This document shows, piece after piece, positions 13,531 through 25,600 of a stretch of 64,000 nucleotides of DNA. Numbering within the stretch: position 1 is the stretch's first letter; every line of letters begins with the position of its first letter. A program made the position numbers and the translations under genes. The notes below the pieces were generated by a model. That model made no database searches. It saw only the letters and a program-made list of their open reading frames with translations, and was not told the origin of the DNA. The DNA lies in the NCBI GenBank assembly GCA_044892525.1, contig CM097885.1, positions 232,314,001 through 232,378,000 of the forward strand, in the 5' to 3' direction. This DNA comes from Schmidtea polychroa (Eukaryota).

Positions 13531-13865
13531 CCTCGGAAACTAAATATTTCCTGGTGCGATTGACGGCCCAGTGATAAATCTATCATTAAATATACGGTAG
13601 TCTTTCTTAAACTTTACTAATACTCTTTACTTTACATAAACAGCATTTACAAACTTACTGGAATATATATATATATATATACAATTTTCTATATAACAAT
13701 GTGTAGCTGTAACGAATTTAAAGGTTTAAAATGAATACTAATTAATTAATAGTTATTGATTTGTTATATAAATGTTTCCACAAATTTTATATAAAAACTT
13801 TGAATATAAAATAGCTTCTTAGAAGATAATTATGTGTTTTGATTTATACACTTCTATAGCTAATT

Positions 13866-14665
13866 AGTAGGTAGATGTTAGCCCTCTGTAACGCACCCCA
13901 GATGCAGATGGCCATACGGTGCAGAGGGCTAAATGGGTTTTTGGCTAAAATGTTTTCAGGTCAAAATAAATTAGATTTAGCCTAGAAATAATTTCTCGCT
14001 AAAAAGCCTGTGCTTCAGTGGGCTATAATGGTTAAGTGATTATCACAAAATAGTAAGGGGTTATTTTAGGTCTCTCTGTTTTTTGTATTATATTTATTCT
14101 CTCGCTAAAAAGTCTGTGCTCCACCTATCAAGTTGTCATCAGTTTTAATAGATTTTTTAAATGATGGTTTAGAAATATAGGTCATGAGTTTTTTTATCTA
14201 TGATACAAAGCCGAAGATTCATTCTCCTCTTTAAATTTTCGGTTAATTGACAACTTGTAGTAATTTTTATCTAGTGTGTTTGTCGATTTAACTCTGAGTT
14301 TGATGTTGGTATCTGTATATATTTTTAAAAATGGGAGATTGTATAAATTTCAACGCTCTATTTATATTTGTGACTTTAACACCACGAATCAAGTATAACT
14401 TCATTACTTTAGCTTTTTTCATTGTAAACTAATTTTTAGGCATTTTAACGAGAAAAATTAGTTATGGTTTTTAGCGAGAGAATAAATCTAGTACAAAAAT
14501 TACAGAAACCTAAAATACTCCCATATTATTTAGGCTTTTTAAACGAAAGACAAAATTTAGTTCATTTTGGCCTGTAAAATATTTAGCCAAAAAAACCATT
14601 AGCCCTCTGCACCGTATGGCCATCTGCATCAGGGGTACGGTGCAGAGGGCTAATATCTACCTACT
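13866..14665. mobile_element. About 800-bp non-autonomous TIR element with long, internally palindromic TIRs
   Basis: About 100-bp TIRs agtaggtagat(g/a)ttagccctctg...tacggtgcagagggctaa; a TA TSD is possible if the ends are 13870/14661. Superfamily not determined. Confidence 0.85.
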
Positions 14666-15508
14666 CCTATTATTTTAAGCTAAAGTTTAAACATTAAATA
14701 TGCCGTCATTTTATTAAGAATTTATTAGTTAAAGTTAAAATTAATTTAATTTATTTGTATTATATCTATTTTTATAAGTTTATAATTATTAAATAAGAAC
14801 GAATCAATATATTTTTAATAAAACATAAAAATGGAAGTTACTTTTTAATGTTATGCAAAATACATATGATAAGTTCACAAATAATTACTTTTAAATTCCC
14901 ATTATTTTATTTGTTTAAATTGGTAGAAATAATAAATTTGTGAATTAATTTTGAAAAACCCACAGCTGAAATATGAAAATGTTATTTTGATAATAAAAAT
15001 AGTAGCATAGTCAGTCAAATTAAAACAAATTACCTCATTTATATATTAAAATAATTTCTACATATAAATCCCACTAGCAACCATTAATTAAATATAAAAT
15101 TTATCCATTATGACGACCAATATTTACACTATATATTAAAAAAGTCAACTGAGATATACAAAGTGTTTACTTAAAATCGGTTATCTTTAATCATCGATAA
15201 AAGTGAGGTTTTCGTTGCATAGCCAATGTAAAAATTCAAAAATTCTAGAGGAAAATTTAAATATCCTAAAATTCTTTTAATATTTCTATAAGCACAATTC
15301 AAAGACCATAATTGTTTAAACTGTTGCTCGAAAAATGGAAAGTTTTTAAAAGAAATTTCAAAAATTGTCAAAGAAATTAACCTATGATCAATTTTAAATT
15401 TGGAACGGGTCTTGTATCCACTGCATCAATGCTATAGTCCATAGAAATACCACTATTTCCTTATGGTTCCGAATTTGAATCCCATAAACATTTTCACGAA
15501 GATTTAAA

Positions 15509-16234
15509 ATGTTAAATGTATTTTCCTCAATATTATCACATTGTGTAAAAGATAAAGAAGTCAGGAAAGAAATCGAAATGAAAGATCTCAAAACGGCGGA
15601 ACAAATTAAAGAAACTATAAAGAAGATAGAAAAAGTTAACAAGGTTATTGAACAAGTAAACACGGTGAGATCAATACGACCTACAACTGGGGGAAGAACT
15701 TATAGAGATGTAGTACAAGTTGGAGCCACGAAGAGAAAAATCAACGAATGGAAACCAGAGACAAGAATTAAAGTGATAGAATGCTGGACGTGTCATAAAC
15801 CGGGACACAGTAGCAGAGAATGTAATATAAAAAGAAGATTTCAATGTTATGCATGTGGTGTTGAAGGTCACATACGAAGAGAATGCCCAACAATCAAATG
15901 TCATAGATGCAATGCACGAGGACACAAAGAAAGAGAGTGCTACACAAATATGGAAAGACGAAATCAAGGAAGAGATCGAGACCAAAGGAAGATGTCAGGA
16001 GGAAGATTTCAAAGAAATACCTATCAACAAAGGGAAGATATGTATCAATCAAGGAACGTACATCAAAGACAATGGGGAAACCAACAATATAACAGAAAAG
16101 ATATTGCAGCTATCGAGTCTGATGATGAGATGATGAATACAAAACAGTCAAGCCAGCCAGACGAGTATAACAGGGAGAATGACCCAAACGAGCACGCTCC
16201 GTCAAACGGGACATTGATCGGAGCAATTTACTAA
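15509..16234 (+). CDS. gag: Ty3/gypsy Gag C-terminal part (5' truncated) with three CCHC zinc knuckles
   Basis: CWTCHKPGHSSREC, CYACGVEGHIRREC, CHRCNARGHKEREC. Homology seems to start near 15535; the ORF's first codons may be flank. Confidence 0.92.
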   Translation: MLNVFSSILSHCVKDKEVRKEIEMKDLKTAEQIKETIKKIEKVNKVIEQVNTVRSIRPTTGGRTYRDVVQVGATKRKINEWKPETRIKVIECWTCHKPGHSSRECNIKRRFQCYACGVEGHIRRECPTIKCHRCNARGHKERECYTNMERRNQGRDRDQRKMSGGRFQRNTYQQREDMYQSRNVHQRQWGNQQYNRKDIAAIESDDEMMNTKQSSQPDEYNRENDPNEHAPSNGTLIGAIY

Positions 16235-16257
16235 GTAAGATTGATTTCAACCAAAGA

Positions 16258-18414
16258 ATGAATGCTAACGGTATGTGTAATTTAAGTATGTATGATGATT
16301 GTATGATTGATAAAGATTGTAGTGTTTTTGAACGTGATATTAATAATAATAGTAGTGTAGAAATCAAAAAGTCGAATGATAAGGAAATTCAGAAAAAATT
16401 TAAAGAGGAGTGTAAAGTAAATGAATTAGTAAAACACGAGGAAAGAACTATAGAGAAAATTTACAAATTCCTCAAGAAAAATGGAGACGTGTGTATTAAT
16501 GAAATTGTAGAAGATACTAGAGAGCAGAATATTTTGTCAGTAGAAGAACAAAAAAGTCCAGTAATAACATATAATATAATGCAAGGTAGACCGAGTACAA
16601 CACTGGATATCCAAGGGCGGAAAGTAGATTGTTTATTGGATACAGGAGCGCGAATTAATGTGATGGCTAAATCTGTAATTGATAGATTAGAAAATATCGA
16701 AATATTAGAAACAAGGGAATCGCTAAGATGTGCAAACAACAGTAGATTAGAAACTATGGGTAAAATAAACATCAATGTTAAAATGGGCAGTATTGAAAGA
16801 AATGTAACATTCATTATAGTAAAGAATTTAATACCAGAAATTATTGGAGGAGTAGAACTACAAAGGTTATTTGGTATAGAATTGAAATGTATACTAGAAG
16901 AACATGAAAAACGTAGTGATTTCATTTGCGAAATAGAAGCTAGATTTGGGCGGATTATAACAGATGAAGAAAGATTATGTCATGCCATCGACGTTTTAAA
17001 GGTTACCGGAAATAAGAGACTGTTAGAAATATTTCAGGCAAACAAGAATGTTTTTATGGCAGATAAATGGGACATTGGGTGTACCAATCTGATAAAACAT
17101 AAGATCATCACGAAAGGAGAGCCAATAATGATTAAACCGAGACGCCAGCCAATAAATTTGGAAGACAAGATTGAGGAAGCAATAAAAAATCTAGAAAACA
17201 ACGGAATAATTAGGAAGTGTAATTCACCGTGGAACACACCTTTAGTTTGTGTATGGAAGAAAGAGAAAAAAGACATCAGGCTTTGTCTAGACTTCAGACA
17301 ATTAAACAAGATAACAGAAAGACAAGCATTTCCAATGCCAAATGTAGATGAAATTTTAGACATCCTACACGGATCCAGATATTTTAGCTCAATCGACTTG
17401 GGAAATGCTTATTACCAAGTGAAGTTAGATAAAGAATCTCAAGAGAAAACATCATTCTCAACAAAAGAAGGACAGTTCTGTTTTAACAGGATGCCGTTCG
17501 GTATTGCAGCGGCACCAGGAACATTTCAAGAATTAATGACGAAAGTATTGAAAGATTTGTGGAAAGATGGAGTGATGGTATATTTAGACGACATCCTAAT
17601 ATTCACAAAGACAGAAGAAGACCATTATAACATATTTGAAAAAGTCCTAGGGAAGATCGCAACAGCAGGACTAAGATTGAACCCCGAAAAATGTCAAATA
17701 TTTAGAAAAGAAGTGAAGTTTCTGGGACACATAATAAATAAAGACGGCATACAAACAGATAATACTAAGATAGAAGCAATACAATCATTTCAAAAGCCAA
17801 AATGTGTAAAGAATCTGAGGAGCTTTCTGGGTATCTGTAACTATTATCGACGGTTCATAAAAGACTATGCAAAGAAGGCAAGAGCACTAGAAAGCATATG
17901 CGGAAAAAACAATGAGAAAATAAGATGGACAGAGATGTGTGAAAAGGCTTTCGGGGAAATGAAAGAAGCATTGATAACCGCCCCAGTATTGGTATTTCCA
18001 GATTTCAGAAAAGAATTTATATTAGACACAGACGCGAGCTTCGATACTATTGGAGCAGTTCTTTCGCAAAAGGATGAAAAAGGACATGAACATGTCATTG
18101 CATATGGTTCACATGCGATGAGCAGCCACGAAAAAGGATACTGCATTACCAGAAAAGAATTATTGGCAATATACTATTTTTGTAAACATTTCAACCATTA
18201 CTTATATGGTAAGAGATTCGTACTGAGAACGGACCATAAAGCTATTACGTTTATGGTAACAACGAAGAAACCAATAACTGCTCAATTCCAGACATGGATC
18301 AACTATTTAAGCAGCCTGGATATTAAAATGGAATACAGGAAAGGAACAAGCCATACAAACGCGGATATGCTATCCAGGAAAACATGCGGAACATGTGTAC
18401 AGTGTATGATGTAA
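16258..18414 (+). CDS. pol: Ty3/gypsy Pol: protease, reverse transcriptase, RNase H; premature TAA at 18412-18414
   Basis: LLDTGA protease; RLCLDFRQLN, RMPFG and YLDD RT motifs; TDAS, KELLA, RTDH and NADMLSR RNase H motifs. Confidence 0.97.
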   Translation: MNANGMCNLSMYDDCMIDKDCSVFERDINNNSSVEIKKSNDKEIQKKFKEECKVNELVKHEERTIEKIYKFLKKNGDVCINEIVEDTREQNILSVEEQKSPVITYNIMQGRPSTTLDIQGRKVDCLLDTGARINVMAKSVIDRLENIEILETRESLRCANNSRLETMGKININVKMGSIERNVTFIIVKNLIPEIIGGVELQRLFGIELKCILEEHEKRSDFICEIEARFGRIITDEERLCHAIDVLKVTGNKRLLEIFQANKNVFMADKWDIGCTNLIKHKIITKGEPIMIKPRRQPINLEDKIEEAIKNLENNGIIRKCNSPWNTPLVCVWKKEKKDIRLCLDFRQLNKITERQAFPMPNVDEILDILHGSRYFSSIDLGNAYYQVKLDKESQEKTSFSTKEGQFCFNRMPFGIAAAPGTFQELMTKVLKDLWKDGVMVYLDDILIFTKTEEDHYNIFEKVLGKIATAGLRLNPEKCQIFRKEVKFLGHIINKDGIQTDNTKIEAIQSFQKPKCVKNLRSFLGICNYYRRFIKDYAKKARALESICGKNNEKIRWTEMCEKAFGEMKEALITAPVLVFPDFRKEFILDTDASFDTIGAVLSQKDEKGHEHVIAYGSHAMSSHEKGYCITRKELLAIYYFCKHFNHYLYGKRFVLRTDHKAITFMVTTKKPITAQFQTWINYLSSLDIKMEYRKGTSHTNADMLSRKTCGTCVQCMM

Positions 18415-18753
18415 CACGAAGACCCAAAAACCGGCAAAATTAAAACCAGAATATTAACAGTAACAGCAGAAGGCGGATATAACAAGTGGCAAAATGACAA
18501 TATGGAGGTCCAAGAAATAAAGAATAAGTTAGAAAATAAAGATTGTAAGTTCATAATGAAAAACAACACGGTACTAACTAAGCAAGGTAAAATATGGATA
18601 CCGTCAGATAATAGACAGAGGATGATAAAAGAAGTACACGTATTGCTGTGCCATGCAGGTGCACAGAAAGTAACGAAATATATCCAGAATAACTGCGACA
18701 TGGAAAATTTAGCAACGGAAGTAAAAAAGGTAATTGAGAACTGCGAAAGATGT
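18415..18753 (+). pseudogene. Gypsy integrase HHCC zinc finger only; DDE core absent
   Basis: In frame after the stop: EVHVLLCHAG...VIENCERC; unrelated sequence follows from 18754. Confidence 0.85.
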
Positions 18754-18775
18754 TCGTTGCATGCCTTTTTTTATA

Positions 18776-18836
18776 TCGCGTCTGTGTGCGCGGTCTGGTT
18801 AGACCGAATATTGTTGGTGTGCGCACACAGATGCGA
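18776..18836 (+). promoter_or_regulatory. GC-rich inverted motif pair / hairpin upstream of an orphan ORF
   Basis: tcgcgtctgtgtgcgc (18776-18791) and gcgcacacagatgcga (18821-18836) are 15/16 complementary; inner hairpin cggtct-ggtt-agaccg. Followed by a 48-nt intron-like segment GTGAGT (18861) ... TTTTAG (18908). Function is inferred. Confidence 0.5.
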
Positions 18837-18897
18837 GCAATGGAAGCTCGGTTGTTTTTGGTGAGTAAGTTTTTGATTGTGAATTTTTATTTTGATT

Positions 18898-19227
18898 TGA
18901 TGTTTTAGAAATTATTGATTCGATGGATTGTTAGAATTAAATTGTGATTTGTTTAAAATTGGTAAAGTTTTGAAATGTATTTTGGAAGACATATGGAATT
19001 GTTTGAAATGTTTTTTGAAAGAATGGCGGTCGAAATGAATTTGCGATGTGATGTAGGTTGTGATGTTTTAGAAATTATTGATTCGATGGATTGTTAGAAT
19101 TAAATTGTGATTTGTTTAAAATTGGTAAAGTTTTGAAATGTATTTTGGAAGACATATGGAATTGTTTGAAATGTTTTTTGAAAGTATGGCGGTCGAAATG
19201 AATTTGCGATGTGATGTAGGTTGTGAT
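18898..19227 (+). repeat. Near-identical tandem duplication with a 163-bp unit
   Basis: tgttttagaaattattgattcg at 18901 and 19064; one substitution noticed (gaaagaatgg vs gaaagtatgg). Confidence 0.92.
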
Positions 19228-19826
19228 CAGAAATTTTGTCCTACATCTTTTCGAAACATTAACTTTGTGAAAGGCGATCTCATTTATACTGGTTTCAAAG
19301 GAAAAATTCTCGATAAATTAATCGTATCGATTGTCACGGAACTTTCACAGTTGTTGCCAGCATTTTTTATGATTATGCATGGGATCGAGTCTTCTAAATT
19401 CACAGATAAGTTCGTCAATAAAAGCAACGATATTGTATTATGTATTCGTGAGGAAATAATATTGAATCATGCTATGTCGGATCTTTCAAATCGATTTTTT
19501 TGCAACACGGAAATCAGAAATTATTTAATTGAAGAATTATCCAACAGATTTTCTCAGTTGTCCGAATTAAAACATTTGGGTAAGTCGAAGTTTGAAATCG
19601 CGCGTGTGCTTCGACGGAAACAGCTACTGGATAAAATGGCGTTTGTCTATGTCTATGTTTATATTGATCAATTCAATTCCCAATCGGAAGAGAGGCGACC
19701 ATTAGGATGTTCAATGATGGCATTATCTGATGATATCGAACTGGACAAAATGACATTATTCAAAATTGATCCACTGTCCTCTTTGGAGAAAAATAAAATT
19801 CTTATTCGTTCGTTTGATCTGAATCA

Positions 19827-19909
<83 letters not shown>

Positions 19910-19929
19910 CATTATTTATAAAGTCATGA
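19138..19929 (+). CDS. Orphan ORF, 230 unique codons followed by a (TTA)n-derived poly-Leu tail
   Basis: Long stop-free frame in AT-rich DNA with protein-like composition and CDxGCDxKFC near the N-terminus; no family recognised. Confidence 0.55.
19828..19909. repeat. (TTA)n microsatellite abutting foldback MITE A
   Basis: Direct reading. Confidence 0.97.
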
Positions 19930-20150
19930 TTTCTTGGTAGCAGCATTAATTCAATGTTAAACAATTAAATGATTATATAAGCATTTTGCTGCAAAGTATA
20001 TATTCAATAAAATGGAAGAATTTTCAACTATAAGATATCAACCATAAAAAACAATCTATCTTAGCAAGGACTATCTTATAGTCGAAATTTTTTCATTAAA
20101 TACATTATTCGCAGAAAAAAGGCTTAAATTATCACTTTATTGTTTTAATA
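19927..20150. mobile_element. Foldback MITE family A, diverged two-armed copy
   Basis: tgatttcttggtagcagcatt ... caaggactatcttatagtcgaaa ... ggcttaaattatcactttattgtttta. Confidence 0.8.
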
Positions 20151-20404
20151 TTACTATTACTTTTATTATTATTTTGAGATTTTTCGTTATTATTTTCAAA
20201 ATTAAAATTTTTAATTATCCAATCATAGAATTGAAACTGGTGACAAACCATTATTGGTTCTTTCGAGGTCATATTTTAAGTCAACAAGAAATATTCAATA
20301 AAGAAATAATATGAAACAGCTATAAGAAAATCGAAGTGGAAAGATTTAATTTAGAGGGACTAAAACTGTTAAAAAAGAGAACTCCTATCTGAAGATTTCG
20401 TTCT

Positions 20405-20872
20405 TTACTGAGCACTACTCAAAGTACTCGCTCTTCTTCCTTTCAATCCGAATAAAACACAGGTGTCGAACTCAGGGGGAATTTAGAAGTTTTTCGTCGA
20501 GGTACGTATGAGGTAAAAATGATTCTTGGTTGAATTTGTATCTGCTCAACGCCCGTACAAACTCTGCAATTACAAGTCCATAAATAGATTGTTTATATCT
20601 ATAATATTCTAATCCGAAGTTTAGACAGTTTTTCAAAAAAACAAAATGAACTTAGGCCAATTGTTCTCATTTTGTTTGAATGATTGGGACTTCCAAAACG
20701 AAAAATCTGATTTGAACCGTCATTATTGAGGTGTGCATAAAGGAGAGAGATCTAAATATTTCAAATAGATTCGTTTAATCGAGAATAAACTAGGAAATTC
20801 CTGCGAAGTAACATGCTCAAACCATTCAAAAATCTGACACAACACTAAAGGCTTCAAAAAACCAATATTCAT
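20405..20872 (-). pseudogene. Possible frameshifted orphan ORF (about 155 codons if repaired)
   Basis: MNIGFLKPLVLCQIFEWFEH... / LYAHLNNDGSNQIFRFG... / LKNCLNFGLEYYRYKQSIYGLVIAEFVRALSRYKF...; the frame switches fall at a (CT)n run, T7 and C5. Confidence 0.3.
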
Positions 20873-22536
20873 TTAGAACTCATTTTTACCTCTCAATTCC
20901 CCAAATTCGACTCACGGTAATCAATTCAACCCTATTTCCAATTTCTCGACAAACCTAAAACAAACATCTTAGTAATACCGGCAATCTCAATAAAGGGTAA
21001 TGAGAAGCCTGAACAATTTCTGCTGTTGTGTGGTCATTCGCGTCTGTGTGTGTTTGCTTTTTGAGTTGATAGTGAATGTAAGATTATTGATTTTTTTCTT
21101 ATTTTATAGGAAACGGTTCTCAGTGGTGTTTGATGTATCATATCGCGTCCGTGTGTGCGTTTGTTTTTTGGAATTAATTATTCGATTATTGTTGGAATTA
21201 TTCATTTATTTATGCAAATCAATTGAGTTTTTTGTAATTTTTCCAGTTTGTTTTATGACATTAAATTAATAAAATCCTTTGTGGAGTATTTATATTGTTT
21301 TCGTTGTGTAGATTTTTTGAAAATAAATTATATTATGTTGGTTTGAAAAATGATAAACCATAAGAATATGAAGCGAATTTCAAAGGTCTTAATAAATAAA
21401 TTATGGCCACCACAGGCGGATATCCCCATAAACCTGCATTAAAAAAGAATATATTCAACATAATGAACTGTCACATTTCGAAATTTTGTGAAACCAACAT
21501 GATGTCAAAAAAATAAGGGAAATATATATTTGTATTTGCTAACGAATTTATTAATAACAGACAGTATCCACAAAATATGCAATGGAATAATAATACCGGG
21601 TTTGATAATTGGGTTTGTTGATCAGTGAATGTTTAGAAAATCAAAGTCCAGTTTACTCTTTTAAATCAAAATGTTAAACAGAGTGGTCTTTATCATTGAA
21701 TACTCGTCATTCACTTTCACATGTTTCAAAGTTAAATTTATTCATTGGTATTTTTATCAATGCATCTTTCTTTTACCTTATCTCTGAATTTTTCTAACAA
21801 ATGACTATAAATTCACAAAGTTATGCAAAAAGACATTAGGACAATAAAAAGAAACCAATAGTCAGGAAAAGATAAATTTGTATGAACTAGAACGAAAGTA
21901 AAATTCAAAGAAAAAAATCACAAATAATTCTAAAATTAATGAGTTGCAGTATAATCAGGCACATTCGTACAAACAATTCTCAAAGATTGAGACCCAGAAG
22001 TCTAGGTTTAACTATTTCAGTATCTCAATGGTCTATTANNNNNNNNNNNNNNNNNNNNNNNNNNNNNNNNNNNNNNNNNNNNNNNNNNNNNNNNNNNNNN
22101 NNNNNNNNNNNNNNNNNNNNNNNNNNNNNNNNNNNNNNNNNNNNNNNNNNNNNNNNNNNNNNNNNNNNNNNNNNNNNNNNNNNNNNNNNNNNNNNNNNNN
22201 NNNNNNNNNNNNNNNNNNNNNNNNNNNNNNNNNNNNNNNNNNNNNNNNNNNNNNNNNNNNNNNNNNNNNNNNNNNNNNNNNNNNNNNNNNNNNNNNNNNN
22301 NNNNNNNNNNNNNNNAATAATACATAAAAACCATGACATATTTGTACAAATTTGGCAAGTATATAATTATATCTACACGGAAATTTTAATTATATTAAAA
22401 ATTTCATCATTTTCAAAAATATATTTTATCTAACTGTCAAATTTTCTAATAAAATTCATTTTATTTATTTGGCCAAAACTTTTCATTAAAAATATCGATT
22501 TAGAGAAAAAACTAACAAGAAAAAAAAATTATTTAC

Positions 22537-22686
22537 CTGCGTTGAAACTTCTTTGGAATGATTCCCATTGGCATTAGAGACCGCTTGAGTATTTATCAAA
22601 TGACAAGACTGCTGTAGATGTAGTTCCAATTGTTGACAATGTATTTCTTTGATCTTCAACTTTTCTGAGTGTTCTTTTAAGCGATT
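22537..22686 (-). CDS. LZTS: 150-nt internal exon of the LZTS-like gene
   Basis: AAACAG| NRLKEHSEKLKIKEIHCQQLELHLQQSCHLINTQAVSNANGNHSKEVSTQ |GTAAAT; phase 0/0, compatible with both neighbouring exons. Confidence 0.72.
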
Positions 22687-25600
22687 CTGTTTAAATTTAC
22701 ATATTAGTTTAATCGGAATAAATTTATAAAAATAAAATAATCAGCTTTGAATATTAAATAATTAAATAGTCTAAAATTGTTATTAAAAAGTATGAAACTA
22801 ATTGGAATTAGATTCTGTTGACACAATCAAAGTACCAAAATGTTGCTGAAAAGTTGCTCAAATTATCAATGGTAGAAAAAAATGAACTATTTGTAACAAA
22901 CAAGAGTTTTTAATTCCTCTTTTATTAAAATTTTATGCTTTTTATGTCCAGAAATCTAAATGTGAAATTGAAGATGAACAAGCCAGATTACAATATTATA
23001 AGAAATTATGTTGTTTTAATAGTCATTTGTGGAATTTCGGAGTTTTTGAAAAGTGTTTTAATTACATCTAAAATTTTCTTTTCTAGTTTGAAAAATAGGA
23101 TTTCTTTTTTTACTCATGTAAATACACCCAAAACATATAAATAGCATTAAAACAAAATTTTGTGTAAAACAATTTGTAAACAAGATGATTTTTATTTGTA
23201 ATTTTTGTTATATAAAGTTTTAACCACTAGTTACTCTTATTTATAAAAAATACCTTAGTTTGATAAAGTTAAAACTCAACATATTTAAGAAAACATTGAA
23301 AACATCACATTAATTAAATAGGAACACAAATTTTCAGTTTCTTTTATGTCAATTATGGGTTTTATATATCTTCACAGAATGTTTTTTAAAGCTGGAGCTA
23401 TATGAAATTCAATGTTTTTATTATTATAACGTTTTCTTGTGGTTTGTATTGAAGATAATGTGGGTAATACAGTTTGATATAATTATGCAGTGATATTGGT
23501 ACAAGATTTATTATTGTCAAATGTAAAATAATGAGGATATTATAGCTTAATTCAAAGCCTAAAATCATTTTTAATGTTTAATGGAAATATCAGTCCCTTT
23601 CTGTTTACCAAACCATAATTAAATTTCATTTCAAAATTTTACTTTTTCTGATAATTATTTTTGTAATACAATTTTAATTTTTAACTTTTCATCTACTCTA
23701 AATTTAATAATCCCTTGAATTTCTTAGAAAGCAGAATTTTTATTATATTAATATTTTAGACTTTAATTAGAAAAATAAATAGTGAAAGATTATCTATCAA
23801 TTTTGTTGAAGTCATTTTCAGATTATTTCTTTTATTTCCTTTAATGATTTGAATTAAGAAATTGAAATCTTTTAAAATATATATTATTGAAATAAAAATT
23901 TTAAAGTCTCAGATTTTATATGAAATAGAACTTCAATTCCCTGTAGAATTATTAACAGCAGGCAATAAATGTGGGGACAGAAAATTTATAATAAATTTTA
24001 TTGGACATTTAATATTAAAATTTGCCCAAATGTCTGCGTGAATTTTTTAATTATTAATTAAAATTATAATTAACAATTAAAAATAAAAATGAAATGTGTC
24101 ACTCAAGCAAACATTTGACTAATATAAAATATATTATTAATAATTGGGCGCAAACTAAATATTTTATTTTAAACTGCTCAACTACTTCAGTAAAAAATAA
24201 AAGTAAATTAATATATTACTAATTAAATTAAGTGAAATTGAGAAAAAATAATGTTGATTTTTAGAATGTCAAATTTTGTTTTCATTCTATGATTTTCAAC
24301 TATTATTTTTTATTTTCTATTGCATATTTTTATTTTTTAAATTGGTAAAAAAAAAATTGTGTAATAATTATATCTTTTAAAGCAACTAAAAATCTAACTC
24401 GTATTTCAATTACTGCTATTGTTATGTAATGTTAATGGAAACCTAGATTTGGTCTGACTACAGTCTATTTGTGATCCGCATCATTATCGAGCTGTACCCG
24501 TCCTTATAAATGTTTTCGCAACAGCGCGGCGGGCCACATCCATCGCTAAAACAGCCTGACTATATTTGGGTAAGCCACACTTGCCGTCACAGCCAGTCCC
24601 TTTTTCCAGAATTTAGTTAGCAGTGGGAGGTGGTTTTCTGCGGCCTCACTTTTCACAATTCACTGCAGTCACGTGACAGAAACAATATATTTATGCTTGT
24701 ATTGTGATTCAAGATCAAAATTAAAGCCTATCAGATAACTATCAACATTTTAATAATATCACCCATTACAAATTTCTAGTCAAGATGAAATGTTTAAAAT
24801 TTTTAAACATAAAATTTGATGAAAGTTTAATACATTTTAATGATTATTTCAGTAATGTTTAATATATGAATTTAATATTGCCACCTAACTACGCTAGTAC
24901 GAACTCCTAAGAGTCAATCTTTAAGTTTTTCTTAGAAATAATTTGTTTAACTACTTGAATAATATTTTGCAAACCACAGCTTTTATTAGCACCCTACAGT
25001 TTCTTGTGCTTCAAAGGATTCATAATTCAAGCTAAAACAAAAAAAACTATTTTCAAAGAATCCATTGACTCAAAAATTACATAATCTAACTTAATGAAAT
25101 AAATTCGCGTTAAGAAATGTATTAATTCCGGCGGTGCTATTTCGATCAGTTAAGTCTAATATACTAACTGAATTATAATTTTTTGAAATTTACAGTTTAA
25201 ATTAGAAAATTTATTTTGTATTAATTTATTTTTTATATTTAGATATTTAAATTTTTTCACAATTTATTACATAAAATATTCAAAATTTTTACAAAATATT
25301 TTCATTAAAATTNNNNNNNNNNNNNNNNNNNNNNNNNNNNNNNNNNNNNNNNNNNNNNNNNNNNNNNNNNNNNNNNNNNNNNNNNNNNNNNNNNNNNNNN
25401 NNNNNNNNNNNNNNNNNNNNNNNNNNNNNNNNNNNNNNNNNNNNNNNNNNNNNNNNNNNNNNNNNNNNNNNNNNNNNNNNNNNTGCAAACCACTCTCTTA
25501 ATTGTATAAACAGCATCAGAAGTTCGGATTCCGAACTATATAAATAATCCTCAAATTCAAATAATTAATTAATTATAATTTAATATAATAATATAATATA

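Noticed and set aside
16461-18826. Minus-strand ORFs over the gypsy pol (also 10549, 47207, 47359)
   Set aside because: Antisense shadows of A-rich coding strands; no motifs.
19828-19929. Poly-leucine C-terminus of the 19138 ORF as a membrane anchor
   Set aside because: It is the (TTA)n microsatellite read in frame.
21000-21269. 89-aa ORF MRSLNNFCCC...
   Set aside because: Product of T/G-rich strand bias around the motif variants; not protein-like.
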